Of a stretch of 64,000 nucleotides of DNA, positions 39,134 through 52,582 are shown piece by piece (the first letter of the stretch is position 1; each line of letters starts with the position of its first letter). The translations under genes were made by a program, and so were the position numbers. The notes below the pieces were generated by a model. The model did no database searches. It was not told the DNA's origin and saw nothing but the letters and a program-made list of their open reading frames with translations. Source of the DNA: Octopus sinensis (Eukaryota); the NCBI RefSeq assembly GCF_006345805.1, contig NC_042999.1, positions 109,120,001 to 109,184,000 of the forward strand, in the 5' to 3' direction.

Positions 39134-41027
39134 GTATATATATGTATACATACTTTTCCAAGATATATACATGCACCCACATATATATACATACATACAT
39201 ACATAAATACAGTGCTACATAATAGTATACACACGGACACACACACACACACATCCTTCCATGTGTGAATCTGTGTCTATCTCTACCTATGTAAAACAGA
39301 TATGTCAAAAAGATAATTTAACCATTATCTGATACATATAGAACAATGAAATAACTCCCATAACTAAATAAATGGACAACATGAAAAAAAAAAGAAAAAA
39401 AAAATTTGTCTTCCTTAGGCCTACGGGCACATGAGACCAGATTTCCTAGCCATTTAGGGGACTAAGTGTACAAGATTTCCCTCTCTCCTAAACAAGTTAC
39501 CAGTCCATGGCTGGGTTGCCACTCAGCTACTGGGGGTACTTTTTCAGTTGAGTAATCTGGAGAAGTATGAAATGAAGTATTTTGCCCAAGAACACAATAC
39601 ATCATCTGGTCCAAGAATTGAAACCACAACCCTACAGTCATGAGTCCAAATGCTAACTGCTAGACCATACACCTTCATTGAAAGATATGATCAGCTAAAA
39701 TTCTTGAAGGTGCAATTGAATGACTAAAACCATTAAAAGAATAAAAGAATACATATCTATCAATATACATACACATATGCACACACACGTGTGTGTGTAT
39801 GTGTGTGTGCGTGTGTGTGTGTGTAGATTGTATTCATGCTTAGATGAATCTGTATTGCTTTAATCAACAGACATTTAGGAATGTGTTGCATTATTACAGC
39901 TCTCTGCGATATAAAGTATATCCTATTTACAGACGTAAATCCAATATAATAGGCCTAGATAATATAAAGAATATAGATCAGTTAAATGTTTTATCCTCAA
40001 GTTTGAATCAAATTTTTGATTTTTTTTATTATGAATTATGAATTGATAAAAACGAAATAATTTAAATAAGCTTACAAATTTTACGATTTACTAATGATAT
40101 TTTCACTCTGAATTCATACCATTGAACATTACTCACTTGAAGAATATGTGCATCCTTAAAAATGAAAGGACAACACAGAATGGGAATGAACAAAACATGT
40201 AAACAAAATTGGATACATAAACAATTTTAGTAACAAATTTATTCCATTTTATTATAGTTTTGTTTTTTCTGTATCATAATGCCTTCTAATATAACTTAAT
40301 GATTATAGAAAAGGAGAGAAGACATTTAAATGAAACTGCTTTGTATATCGAATATTCAATCTTATCCACAATAAAATATCTAACTTACTTTGGAAATTTT
40401 CATCAGGACTTATATACATTTCTTAGGATTCATTTTTAATCAATTTCATATAAATATATTTAACTATTGAAAATTATCTTTAGATATTATTTAAATTTTC
40501 TTAATGAATTTTTATTATTTTATTGTATTTGCAACTTACTAATATACACTAAGATTTGTGAATTTTAGAGAATAAAAATGAAAATGGAAAAGTTAAAAGT
40601 GAAACTAAGAAGAAAGCAAAGCAAAGTTTCAGGAAAAAATGTCACCTACAATATAATTCAATTTATTTAGAACAAACATTCTTGTTTAAGAAGAATATGA
40701 TGTGATAAATTCTTCTTCAGTTTGATTTTTATGAAAAGTAAATATAAATATAACAACTGCTAAGCAGAAATTTAGTCGTGCAAAAGATACATAATTGTTC
40801 GATTAAATGGAGGACAAAATTTACTCGTGTGTATACATGTATGAATACATAAAAACACATATAAAACATATATATTTATCTATATGTATAAGCACATATG
40901 TATGTATATGTGTGTGTGTGTGCGTGTGCGTGTGTATATCTGTATGTATGTTTGTATATATATTTATATATATACATACACATGCATATATATGTGTGTG
41001 TATTTATATATATATATATATGCATAT

Positions 41028-41545
41028 GATGAGCTTCTTTCAGTTTCTGTCTACCAAATACATTCATAAGGCTTTAGTGGCTCAAGGATGTTGTAGAAAA
41101 TACTTGCCTAAGGTGCCATGCTGTGAGACTGAAGCAGAGACCATGTGCTTAGGAAGCAAACTCCCTACCATATAGCCACATCTGTATATACATATATATG
41201 TGTGCATGTGTATACATAAATGCATACATACATACACACATGCATGCATACTTGCATACATACATACATACATACAAACATACATACATACATACATACA
41301 TACATACATACATACATACATACACACATACATACATACATACATACATACATACATACATAATACATACATACATATATACATACATAGTGAATTTCCA
41401 CATAGTTTTTTTATTTATTCTTTTACTTGTTTCAGTCATTTTGACTGTGGCCGTGCTGGAGCACTGCCTTTAGTTGAACAAATCAACTGCAGGACTTATT
41501 CTTTGTAAGCCTAATACTTATTCTGTCGGTCTCTTTTGCTAACCC
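41028..41545 (-). mobile_element. SINE family 1 head and tail fragments separated by a (CATA)n array
   Basis: SINE head at 41028-41180, (CATA)n at ~41200-41390, SINE tail at 41415-41545. Confidence 0.75.
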
Positions 41546-41663
41546 ATGTGCGTGTCTTTTTAAAACTTTGTCTGGTTTAAAAAGCCGCATCAGATGCCAT
41601 GATGGTTCTCAGTGGTAGGGACAAGAGGTGGTCAAACTCTACAAAAGGAGTAGACAACCTCCA

Positions 41664-41703
<40 letters not shown>

Positions 41704-42874
41704 CAATTATAATTTTAACTTTTATCAAATTTCTTGGTGTTTATACAAAATGAGGAAATGAATACTAATTTTCGAATGGAAAATATCTATTTATTACTTT
41801 TAAATAAAATTAAATATAACTAATTTCTTATTTGTATACCTCCTACCATAACTACTTTTTCACTTATTCCCCTGCTCTCCTTCCCTCTCCCCTCCTCTCC
41901 TCTACCCTCCCTCCCTTCTCCTCTTCCCCTCCCTCTCCACTTCCCATCACTCTCCCCTTCCCTTCCCCTTCCCTCTCTCCTTCCCCTCCTCAAATATCTA
42001 TGATTTTTATCTTCCCACTCCTCATGGACATCTTATATTAATCCTTTATATCTCTTTTTTACTCTCTATCCTCCTCTCTCTATGCAATGTAGAGTTTAGC
42101 TGCAGAATTTTCAACCAACCAGCCAACCAACATCTATGTTATAAAGAATATATATATATATATATGCTTGCTTGTGTGGAGTATATATATACACACACAC
42201 ACACACATATAGCTATGGCTGTGTAGTAAGAAGCTTGATTCTGGGTTCAGTCCCACTGCATGGCACCTTGGGCAAGTGTCTTCTACTCTAGCGTTGGGCT
42301 GACCAAAACCTTGAGAGTGGATTTGGTTGACGGAAACTGAAAGAAGCCCAATGCATATGTGTGTGTGAGTGTGTGTGTGTGTGTGTGTTTGTGTGAGTGT
42401 GTCTGTGTGTATGTATGTAAAAAGGTTGAATTAGGTTTGTCCTTTAATTTGGAGGTTTCCAAAAAAGATTTCTGATATTTATTCTTCATATTTTGCAGGT
42501 TCCTTACTGGTGTAAATTTGTGAATATGAAAATAATATTTGTATATAGTGTGTTGTGAATTTATGGACAGAAATCCCATAAAACTCGACAATTTTGATAA
42601 AAATGAAGAGAAAATGTTAAAATATATAAGAGAATTTTAATTCATGCAGATGATCATTTCGTACAGCGATATAAAAATCATGCAAATTCATGGTTGAATA
42701 GAATTAATTAAATTAATTAAATTAAATTTAATCAATTATATATTACTGTACTTTTGAGTGCAAGAAGTATAAACAAAATTTTTACAAAGGACTTGAGAAA
42801 GAAAACAGCAGAATAAGATCTAGGATATTCATATTTATCCTTATGAGAAAAAAGGGATGTGAGTCCAGTTAGCC

Positions 42875-42903
42875 TAGGGTTAGGGTTAGGGTTAGGGTTA
42901 GGG
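42875..42903 (+). repeat. Interstitial telomeric-type repeat TAGGG(TTAGGG)4
   Basis: Read directly; abuts the 3' end of the PLE fragment. Confidence 0.9.
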
Positions 42904-43700
42904 GAGGGGCGGTATCAATGAAGAGAGAAGGTGGGTTGGAGTGAAGAGAGGAATTAGGTGTCAGAGGAAGAGTGGAGAGGAGGGGAGTCAGATGAAAAGA
43001 GAAGGGAGTTGAGCCCATGTGGAACAAAGAAGTGAAGGGTGAAGATTAATTCCTGTTCACGGTGAAGGCAGAAGTCCGGATGGCCCCTATGCAAGGACAA
43101 TCTGAGTACAGACAGGTGTTGTAGTGAAAGACCAGTAGAACGGAAATGGCATGAAACCAGGGTGTCATTGCTGAGTCTGATATCTCGGAGGTGTCCCACA
43201 AACCAGTTAGCCAAGTGGCGTCCTGTTTGACCAATGTACAGAGAAGGGCAGAAAGAGCAGAAGATGCAGTAAATGACATTGCTAGAAGTGCAGGTAAAGG
43301 AGTCAGTGATATGATAGGGATGATGATGGGTGCCTGTGAGGATGTGGTGTTGGAGAGGTAGGGGCAAGTGCAGCAGTGTGGGTGGGAGCAGGGTAATGAG
43401 CCAGGTTGGGAGGTGGGGTTATGGAAGAAACTGGACCAGTTGGTCATGCAGGTTGTGGGCTCATTTGAAGGAGGGATGGGGTAGGTTGGGGAAGATGTGC
43501 GAGGTGCAGAGGTCAGACTGGAGTCGCTGGAAGGCTCAGAGAATGGTGCATTGGAGGGGCAGGGTGGAGGAGTGGTAGGTGAGAGGAAACGAGACGGGCA
43601 ATGGTGGAGTGGGTGTGGAGAAAGAAAGAGCAGAGGCATGGTCCATGGAATGTATTCTGGCAAGGGCTTCAGCCTTGTAGAAGTCTGTGTATATACAGTG
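42904..43700 (-). mobile_element. Penelope-like element 3' fragment with GIY-YIG endonuclease
   Basis: ORF 42954-43367 reads FTCTSSNVIYCIFCSFCPSLYIGQTGRHLANWFVGHLRDIR...REQELIFTL..PHGLN. The upstream frame has the linker PGSLPCSHPHCCTCPYL. Confidence 0.9.
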
Positions 43701-43714
43701 TGTAGTGAATAAGC

Positions 43715-44579
43715 TGTCGTCTAAATTACACAAAAATGAAAATAACACTGATATCTCATTTTAAAGATATGTTTACCAAACTTACATGAAAGTATCTTGA
43801 AATACTAAAGAGTAAATTTATTCAATAAAATCGCTATTGGCTGCAACCACAGTCTCCAAACGACTTGGGAATCTCCTGCACCTCTTCTAGACAGTCTCCT
43901 TATTTAAGTTGGTGAATGCTGCCATAATCTTTCACTCAATCTTTGGTGTTACAAGGAGTTTTGTTGGTCTCTTACTCAACTGTGCCCCACACATAATAAT
44001 CAAGGGGGTTGCAGTCTAGGGAGTTATGTGGCCAGATGTTAGGAGTGATGTTGTCACAGAAATTGTTACAGCCATGACTGGTTTCTCCTGCTTTTGTAGC
44101 ATGGTGCAGAGTCCTGTTGCCTAACATAGGGTCTTCCAGCAGCCACCCTCTTGACTCAAGGCAGCACTATATCTTCCAGGCACTTGATGTAGGCCTTCAT
44201 GTTGAGTCTGAGGCTATGTGGGAGGATGAACGGAGGCATAACGTCACTCTCACTAGTGATCACTCCAAACACCATGATTTTGACTGGATGCTTCATTTTT
44301 ATCACTCTTGGTACATGTCCTCAGATTGCACTATCCTCAGATTGACACCTAAACACTCTGAAATATTTGTATTGGAGCTTCTGGTATGTATGCCAAGCAG
44401 TACAGCATGTGGTTTCCATGTTTCTGGCTGACTGAATTGCATCATGGTGCTTTTTTTCTCACAGATGGTGTCCAACTGACCCTACTATATTGTGTAATCA
44501 ACAAAATCAAAAAACAAACAATGCACATGCATGAAATTAAGAACATAAAATGATGACAATTTACCCATCACACCCTGTA
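43715..44579 (-). mobile_element. Tc1/mariner superfamily (maT/DD37D-like) transposase relic
   Basis: MKHPVKIMVFGVITSESDVMPPF...RPYVRQQDSAPCY...IWPHNSLDCNPLDYYVWG..ETNKTPCNTKD, with stops and an internal deletion. End sequence tacagggtgtgatgggtaaattg (minus strand) at ~44555-44579. Confidence 0.85.
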
Positions 44580-44590
44580 TGTATATACAT

Positions 44591-44626
<36 letters not shown>

Positions 44627-44707
44627 GCATACACACACACATATCCACATACATTTATACATATATGTATCTATATATATATTTATACACACAAAACACA
44701 TGCACAC

Positions 44708-45290
44708 ATAGGTGCAGGCATGGCTGGTTAGTAAGAGTTTTACTTCCCAACCACATGGTTGCAGGTCAGGGATCAACAAACTTTTTTAACCAATTACCCC
44801 CAAATATATTTATTTAGGCCAATGTTACCCACTTGATTTGAAAGACGGAAAATCATAGATTTTAAAAATTTACCCTGGTTTGCTGACCCCTGTTCTAAGT
44901 TCATTCACACTGTGTGACATCTTGGGCAAGTGTCTTCTATTACAGCATTGAGCTAACCAAAGCCTTGTGAGTAGATTTTGTAGACATAAACTTAAAGAAG
45001 CCTGTCATATATGTATATGTGTGTGTGTGTGTGTGTTGTGCATGTGTATGTCTTTGTGTCTGTCTTTGTCCCTCACCGCTGCTTGATAACTGGTGTTGGT
45101 GTTTTTACATCCTCACAGCTTAGTGTTTTGGCAAAAGAGACTGATAGAAAATGTACCTGGCTTTAAAGAAAATGCATACTGGCGAGGGGGGGGGTTGATT
45201 CGTTCATCAAAAAATTTTCGATGCAGTGCCCCAGCATGGCCATGGTCAGATGACCGAAACATGTAGAAGATAAAACAAGTAAGGATAAAG
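44708..45290 (+). mobile_element. SINE family 1 interrupted at ~44767-44892 by a short hAT MITE
   Basis: The SINE head is broken at ggttgcaggt by cagggatcaacaaac...gtttgctgacccctg, which is related to 51233-51548 in reverse orientation. Confidence 0.8.
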
Positions 45291-46199
45291 GGTAAAGACC
45301 CCCTTTAGTCGTGAATAACCAGGGGATTGCACCTAGAAAGTTCCCCTCTGAGGCAAAAGTTTGGATACGGTTGTTTATGGAAGACCAGCAGTTGCCCATG
45401 CATACCAGCCTCCCCTCTCTACACCATTGATGTTATCCAAGAGAAAGGCAAAGGCTGATACAGCTTGGCACCAGTGGTGTCACAACTCATTTCTGTAGTT
45501 AAGTGAACTGGAGCAATGTGAAATAAAGTGTCTTGTTCAAGAACACAAAACACAACCTTGTCTGGGAATCAAACTCACTACCTCATGATTGTGAGTTTAA
45601 TGCTCTAACCAAGTAAACACACACACATATGCATGCAAGACACACACACACCCATTTGGCCTTCCCTCTGCTTTGTTTCTCACAGTAGCTCCTGTGACAT
45701 TGCTTGGCCTTGGGCTATATTAGAGTCGTTTGCTCAAGATGCTGTGCAATGAAACTGAACTGGAAAACCACAAGGTTGTAAAACAATCCTCTTAACCATG
45801 CAGTAATGCTTGTGTCTATGAGATATTATATTTGTGCAAACACACATGCATATATATCTTTTAATATACTTAGAATTAAAAACATATTTTTGCTTTACTT
45901 AAGCTTATAACCTCATTACTCAATAAATTAATGTTTGATGTAAGTCTTTTTATCTTGTTGGTATTTCTTCTTTTATTTTAAAATTTTTGTTGGTATTTCA
46001 TCTGTTATTGGACTTGACTTTGCATCTTGTTTAACCTACTTATAATGCTAAAACTGTAAACTTAAATATTATTTAGTTCAAAAGTTATATTGAAATGAAT
46101 CAGTGACAACAAGATCAAGTTTCTTTCAAGTCTTTATATATCTGGACAATTTGTACTTCACTTGAAATTTTAAAATAGATTTCCAAACTTACCAACAAA

Positions 46200-46353
46200 C
46201 CTACCTGCCTACCTACCTACCTAGCAAACTACCTATTTACCTACTTTCATACATACGTGCATGCATACATACATACATACATACATACATACATACATAC
46301 ATACATACATACATACATACATGCATGCATGCATGCATGCATACATACATACA

Positions 46354-46387
<34 letters not shown>

Positions 46388-46690
46388 CATACATACATAC
46401 ATACACACACACATACATACATACATACATACATACATACATACATACACACACATACATATGCATGCATATGCATGTATACATTCATACTCACGTATAC
46501 ACACATGCCTGCTCACATACACGTACGTGCCACATACATCATATACACATGCATGATACATACATTCATTCATGCATATATATATGTGTGTTTATGCATA
46601 AATCATACATGCATTTGTGCATACACACATGCATACACATACATGCACACATACATACATGCATGCATGCATACATGCAAACAAACAAGA
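46200..46690. repeat. (CCTA)n and (CATA/CATG)n microsatellite block
   Basis: Direct tandem repeats; explains the MYVC/HTYI ORFs. Confidence 0.95.
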
Positions 46691-46949
46691 TTTATGCTAA
46701 AATGTTAATAATGCCAGAAAAAATAGCTGGAATTAATAATGACATTTTCACTTGGCATAGGAAGGGAATTTGGTCAAAAAAATAACTGTTTATGTTTTAA
46801 TGGGGAAAATCAGTCCCCCAGACCCTAAACCTGTGCATCAATGGTTTCACTAACTCTCCTGCCACATACAAAGAATGCTATAAGTCTCTATGTATTGATG
46901 AAAATCTATGAAGCTAGTGTGAATAAAGAGAGAGTGACCTGAGAATATT

Positions 46950-47935
46950 ATGTCAGACTTGGGAAAATATAGCTGTCAGAACTCTCCTTTTACAACAAGA
47001 CAAAATTCCACAATGCATTTGTAATACCAGTGCCGATTCCAACATTTGAGATACTTGACTGGTCTATACTGGAAATCCACTTCATGATACTGACATCAAC
47101 TGGAAATATCCACAGAAATAATGATATTGATAGACAATAGGTAGAGGCTTGAGATGAGTGCAGACAGCCTTTGAATGTCATACAATCTCTCTCAGACAGC
47201 ACTTGCTAGACAACAGCAGCAAAATAAATATATTAACTTAGTGCTGAAATGTGAAGAGAACAATATTCTACATGTCAATAGCAAACTCCCCTATAAGCAC
47301 CCTCTTCCTGATGACCTCCCATACAACCCCAAAATAGCTGGACTAACAATATACCTCAAAGAAGAGCTGACTGTGAAACACTCAACATACCAAAAAAGGA
47401 CTATGGATGGGTATTTTTCCCAAAGATTTGAAGAAGACAGTAATATCAACATGTAGCACAGTCTCTCTCTTGGTCTCATGACAGCTACATCATACTTCAA
47501 AGGTGATGCATTTACAATCCAAGAACAGGAGATTGCTACAAAATAACAAAAGAGACAGTGAAACCCTTGATCCTTCAAGATGCAACCAATAATGTTGATT
47601 ATGTCATATTTCTGTGGGAGGCATCACAGATGTGATTAACAGCTGCCCCAAAATATCATCAAGTTATTACCTTCCTGTATGACATGACATTGTCACAAAA
47701 GCAATATACCATGCCATTCAGAAAAATGACTGTCCTGAAATAAATATAAAGAATCTACCTGCTATTGAATACATACACAAACATCAGCACGAAGAATACT
47801 GGTGGAACATTCCTATCAAAACATCTGTCAAGTGTAAAAATAACAGGCCTCATATTGTTTTTTGGGTCAAACTAGGAAACTTATGTACTGTTATATATTG
47901 TTTTTTGGGTCAAACAAGGAAACTTATGTACCGTT
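46950..47935 (+). mobile_element. RLE-type (R4/NeSL-like) non-LTR retrotransposon C-terminal relic
   Basis: FTIQEQEIATK, a decayed CCHC knuckle and RHD-like region, and EYWWNIPIKTSVKCKNNRPHIVFW (RLE PD motif, here RPH). Confidence 0.7.
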
Positions 47936-48005
47936 ATATATGCTCTATATATCTCCATTGAAGTCAGCTCTGTACCAATTAGATAGTACAGTTCTATATT
48001 TAAGG

Positions 48006-48118
48006 GATGAGGAATTATGTACATTATTTACATTATTTACATTTGACGGATATTTTTGTTAACAACAAGATGAGGAAAAATATCCGTCAAATGTAAATAA
48101 TGTACATAATTCCTCATC
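48006..48118. repeat. Short fold-back (~43-bp arms)
   Basis: gatgaggaattatgtacattatttaca...tttgacggatattttt is inverted as aaaaatatccgtcaaatgtaaataatgtacataattcctcatc. Confidence 0.85.
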
Positions 48119-48119
48119 T

Positions 48120-48904
48120 CATTTTCTACTATGCTCTTCCGTCTATCCGGTAGACTTGCAAGGACCCTCTTCCAAAATTCACTTGTCTGTGATGAAAAAT
48201 ATTCCTCCAGTATTGTTCTCACCTCATCTATAGAATTCATATTTTTTCTGTCCAAATGATTTTGAAGACTGCGGAATAAATGATAATCAGATGGGGCAAT
48301 GTCCGGCAAATTGGTGGGTGGGGCAGTGTTTCCCATTCAACCTGCTCCAGCCTTTGCAATGTCATCCTTGCTGTATGTGGCTGAGCATTATCCTGATGGA
48401 AAAACACCTTTCGTCTTGAAACCAAAAACACAATGGCACGCAGGTGTCGATGAATGGTTGAAAGACCAAGTCCAAGCTTCTCTACTTGTTCTTCAACAGT
48501 TACAATGGGATTTTGTTCCCCTAGGATTTGCAGGACATCCTTGTTGAGCTCTACAGATCTTCCAGGACCATCTTCTAGGCTGTAGTTCTTGACTTGTAAT
48601 TTCTGGAACCACCGTTGGCACCAGCTTACACTTATTGTCTGATCCCCTTATACTGCATTATTATTTCCCACATTTTCCATTGTATAGTTGCCTTTATTGA
48701 ACTCATAAAGCAAAATATGCTAAATATGTTCCTTTGTCACTTCCATTATAGCTTTGACAAAGTAACTGTTAAAATCAAATAAGGACAAGGTAAAATTACT
48801 ACCTGCTTTTATAGCAAGTTGATGCAGGTATTTTATCCTGTCCCCCTCCGACTTTTAGTTCATGCAGTTGAAATAACCACATTATTTATGGGATGACCCA
48901 ATAT
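48120..48904 (-). mobile_element. mariner (DD34D-type) transposase relic with internal deletion
   Basis: N-terminal HILLYEFNKG...SVSWCQRWFQKL...SLED; C-terminal VFFHQDNAQPHTARMTLQRL...WETLPHPP and PDIAPSDYHLFRSLQNHL. TIR-like tattgggtcatcccataaataatgtgg (minus strand) at ~48878-48904. Confidence 0.9.
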
Positions 48905-50236
48905 ATATACTTTCTCTTGTTAAATTCATGTGTCCAGCTAGGTAGCTTTGACCAAGAAGACACACATTGAGGTCAAAATATTACAGTGTGTCAAAGTCTT
49001 TTAACACCAGAGAATCACATGCTATGAGGAAAACCAACAGCAATCAGACATTCACATTTAGATTTGCCAGAACTTATTAAGAATAAACAATTATGTTGTT
49101 GTTTTTGGATTTCCACTGCACCCATGTACCCCACGAGTTAAAATCTCATTATCATTACTGCTGCTTTAAAGAAACACTCATTCCCCTCCCCCGTGAATGC
49201 TTTGATTTCTGTACTTCACTTTTATCCCAAATCTAGACTGAATGTAAGGACTTCCATAACTTGACTCAACATATTTTATAACTTAATAGAAAAATAAGGA
49301 ATATATTAGCTTATGTAATTTAATGCAAACATTCAATGTTTGTTCTCTGATAAACCATAAATACTAAACCTTCAAAATGCAAATTATTGAAAGAAAAGAG
49401 GTGCAAGATTGAATATGAACTTTTTTACTGAAAAATTATTGTATTAGAAATACATTAATGCTGATACTATTAATCTTAAAACTTTAGCCAGTGGCATTTG
49501 TTTTAAGGTCAAAAATTTGGATAATTAAATCTCTTTATCCAAAGCATGTTCCTCTTATCAGGAATATTTTGCTGACTGAGAATCTATGGAATAATCGCTT
49601 CTGAAACATCAAGTCCTGATTAGAAATACCACTTTGTAGTTTATTCTTCATTTGAAAATCAGTTAAATCTGCAGATGTAAGGTGCTGAGATAAAAGCATT
49701 TTGTCAAAAATATTCAGGGTTCTAAAACAGTTCTCTAAATGTTCTTGAATTATTTAACAATCATTATTCATTGCAAACTTTAAGTTGGTTGTTTTGAATT
49801 ATCCCATGCTATATTTTATATCATGGAACATAACACTATGATGTATCATAAAGATTATATTTTAGGGTTGTAGAAAAACAAATATGTTAATAAAACTGCA
49901 TTAAAATTTTTTCATTTGAATATATTTACCAGGTGCATATTAAGAAAAAATGATTAGGGCCTTTGAGGTTTTGAAGAACTGAGTAATTAGACTCTATGAA
50001 CAGTATATATAAAATACATTTCATAAGTGATAGATAATTATAAATTCTTTAATGTCAGTTTATATAAAAAGTTTTTTGTTAATGTATTTGTTGGAATTCT
50101 TTCTTTTTATTGTAATTCAGATGAAAAATATAAATTTAGAATTAAGTGGCTGCAAATACATTAGGAATGTTTTAATAATCTCTTTCTTCATATTTATGCA
50201 ATAAATGAGTATATAGATAAATGAAACACAAGTTAC

Positions 50237-50447
50237 CTTCACCACCTTTTTTGCTAATGTTAGCGAATTTCCCAAGAGAAATAACTGCCAATCAGTTGTA
50301 AACAAATCTAAAAATGAAACCCTTTTTCCATCAGGTTTGCTTTGTTCATTATAATAATCCAAGAAGTGTGGGGCTGGAGGTGCATAGTTAAATTTAGGAA
50401 TTTTCAAATCGAAAAGTAAAACTTCTTTATCATAATTGATTTTTACA
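50237..50447 (-). CDS. Candidate internal coding exon of an unidentified gene (211 nt, phase 2 to 0)
   Basis: Acceptor tttcccaag and donor AAG|gtaact. 70 open codons in AT-rich DNA: VKINYDKEVLLFDLKIPKFNYAPPAPHFLDYYNEQSKPDGKRVSFLDLFTTDWQLFLLGNSLTLAKKVVK. No TE motif recognised. Confidence 0.6.
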
Positions 50448-50492
50448 CTTGGGAAATATATATGTATATGTACATATATGTATCTATGTGTA

Positions 50493-50545
<53 letters not shown>

Positions 50546-51232
50546 TAGGTTAATTCTTTTATGGTTTTAGTTAATATCAATCTATCAATACAGTTAATGT
50601 GAAGTAATTTGCTGGAATATTTCAGACATAAGAATAATTATTTTCAGGTACAAGAAATACATTTTCAAAAATAAATTATATGTCCACAGGTGTATCCTAA
50701 CCTACATTTCTTTGTTAAAAAAGAAAGGATACAGGTGTATGTGTTGCGTGCACACACACACACACACACACACACCTATATATATATATATGTGACACAC
50801 ATACATTGATATACATATATATTCTTCTTTTTCTTCTTCTTCTTCTTTGTTTAACGTCCAATTTCTCATGCTTGCATGGCTCAGAAGTGGTTGAGGTTGA
50901 GAAAAATCACTCAGTTTGATTGGCATAAATTTAGTCACAGACGTGCTTCAGACTCTGGATCACACATCTTGTATTTTTCTCTGTCTTGTCTTTTGTTATG
51001 ATGGCTCTTTTTTCTTGGAGCTGACTTGTTCCATTTCACTCCACACAGGCTCCCTTCAGTCATTCAACTTTTCTCTACTCATCACCAATATCATGCTTCA
51101 TCCCTCTGGCCCCACACAAACTACTACAATTCCCATTCCTTTCTTTTTAGAAGTTTAGCCCTCTGAAATTCCTTTCCGACACATGTCTTTCTTGCAGTCA
51201 TCAATTTGCAACAATTTAAGCATGGCATAAAC

Positions 51233-51548
51233 CAGGGGTCAGTGAACCAGGGTAAATTACTCCAAAAATGAAATTCTTGGGGATAATGAGGACTCATTAG
51301 ACCTAAGTTAAAATACATAAAAAACGTGTTCCTTCTTACAGCAGAAATTTTCCGTCTGGCAACACTGCATCAGACCAATGTAATGGACGTATAAATAGAT
51401 TCATATAAATAGATTCAGTAAAACAGATTCAATAAACCTTTTGAATTCAAAAGAATCTATGATTTTCTACTTTTCAAATCAAGGGCATAATGTTGGCGTA
51501 AATAAATATATTTTGGGGTAGTTGGTTAAAAAAGTTCCCCAACCCCTG
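51233..51548. mobile_element. hAT MITE family B
   Basis: TIRs caggggtcagtgaac...gttccccaacccctg; degenerate 8-bp TSD gcataaac/acataagc. Confidence 0.8.
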
Positions 51549-51759
51549 ACATAAGCAGAATCCGTCTTGCTAATCTTGGAGAGCCTACAAAGGCAATGAC
51601 TCCTGAACCCTCCTTTAAATCTAACTAATAAAAATGATATTTTAGTCAGGTGCTTATTTTAAAAAGCCTAATTTGTTGCATCTTTAAGTGACAGTGACAC
51701 AACATAAACACAGACATAATTATTGTCATGCACAGCTCTCACTCAAAGAAGCACATACA

Positions 51760-52520
51760 TCATCATCAGCATCATCATCATCATCATTGTTTGACGTCTG
51801 TTTTCCGTGCTAGCATGGGCTGGATGGTTCGACCGGGGTCTAGGAAGCCAGGAGGCTGCACCAGGCTCCAGTCTGATCTAGCAGTGTTTCTACAGCTGGA
51901 TGCTCTTCCTAACGCCAACCACTCCGTGAGTGTAGTGGGTGCTTTTTACGTGCCACTGGCACAGGTGTCAGGGGAGGCTGGCAGTGGCCACGATCAGTTG
52001 GTGCTTTTTATGTGCCACCGGCACAGAAGCCAGTCAAGGCAGTGCTGGTATCGGTGACGTTCGGATGGTGCTTTTTACGTGCCACCGGCACAGATATCAA
52101 CTGCAATTTCCATTTGATATTTATTTTGATATTGATGTACTTGACTCAATAGGTCTCCTCAAGCACAGCAGGTCACCCTATGATCCAAGGTAAGCACAGC
52201 AGGTCGTTCTGCAATCCAAGGTATTTTAGATGGGTTGGGGCTATGCGAAACTGGTACAGGAGCAGCCATGAACTCACATTATTTGTTGGGTCTTTGCAGT
52301 CACAGCATATCTCCAGAGATCTTGGTCATTTGTCATTGCCTCTGTAAGGCCCAACATTCGAAGGTCATGCTTGACCACTTCATCCCATGTCTTCCTGGGT
52401 CTACCTCTCCCCGGATACCTTCAACAGTTTGGGAGTGGCACTTCTTCACACATCTCTCCTCATCCATCCACAGTACATGACCATACCAGCGCAAACGATT
52501 CTCTTGCACACCACATATAT
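51760..52520 (-). mobile_element. RTE 3' fragment plus (CAT)n-tailed RTE-associated tail
   Basis: ORF 52333-52527 CGVQENRLRWYGHVLWMDEERCVKKCHS; shared tail motif at 51760-52100. Confidence 0.85.
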
Positions 52521-52582
52521 ATGACAAACATCTACAAAGTCTCCTTCTACGTAATTCCTAATATATTACTGATCAACTAGAG

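Noticed and set aside
41865-42085. C/T-rich tract with G-quadruplex or triplex potential
   Set aside because: Low-complexity sequence common in such genomes; no specific evidence of function.
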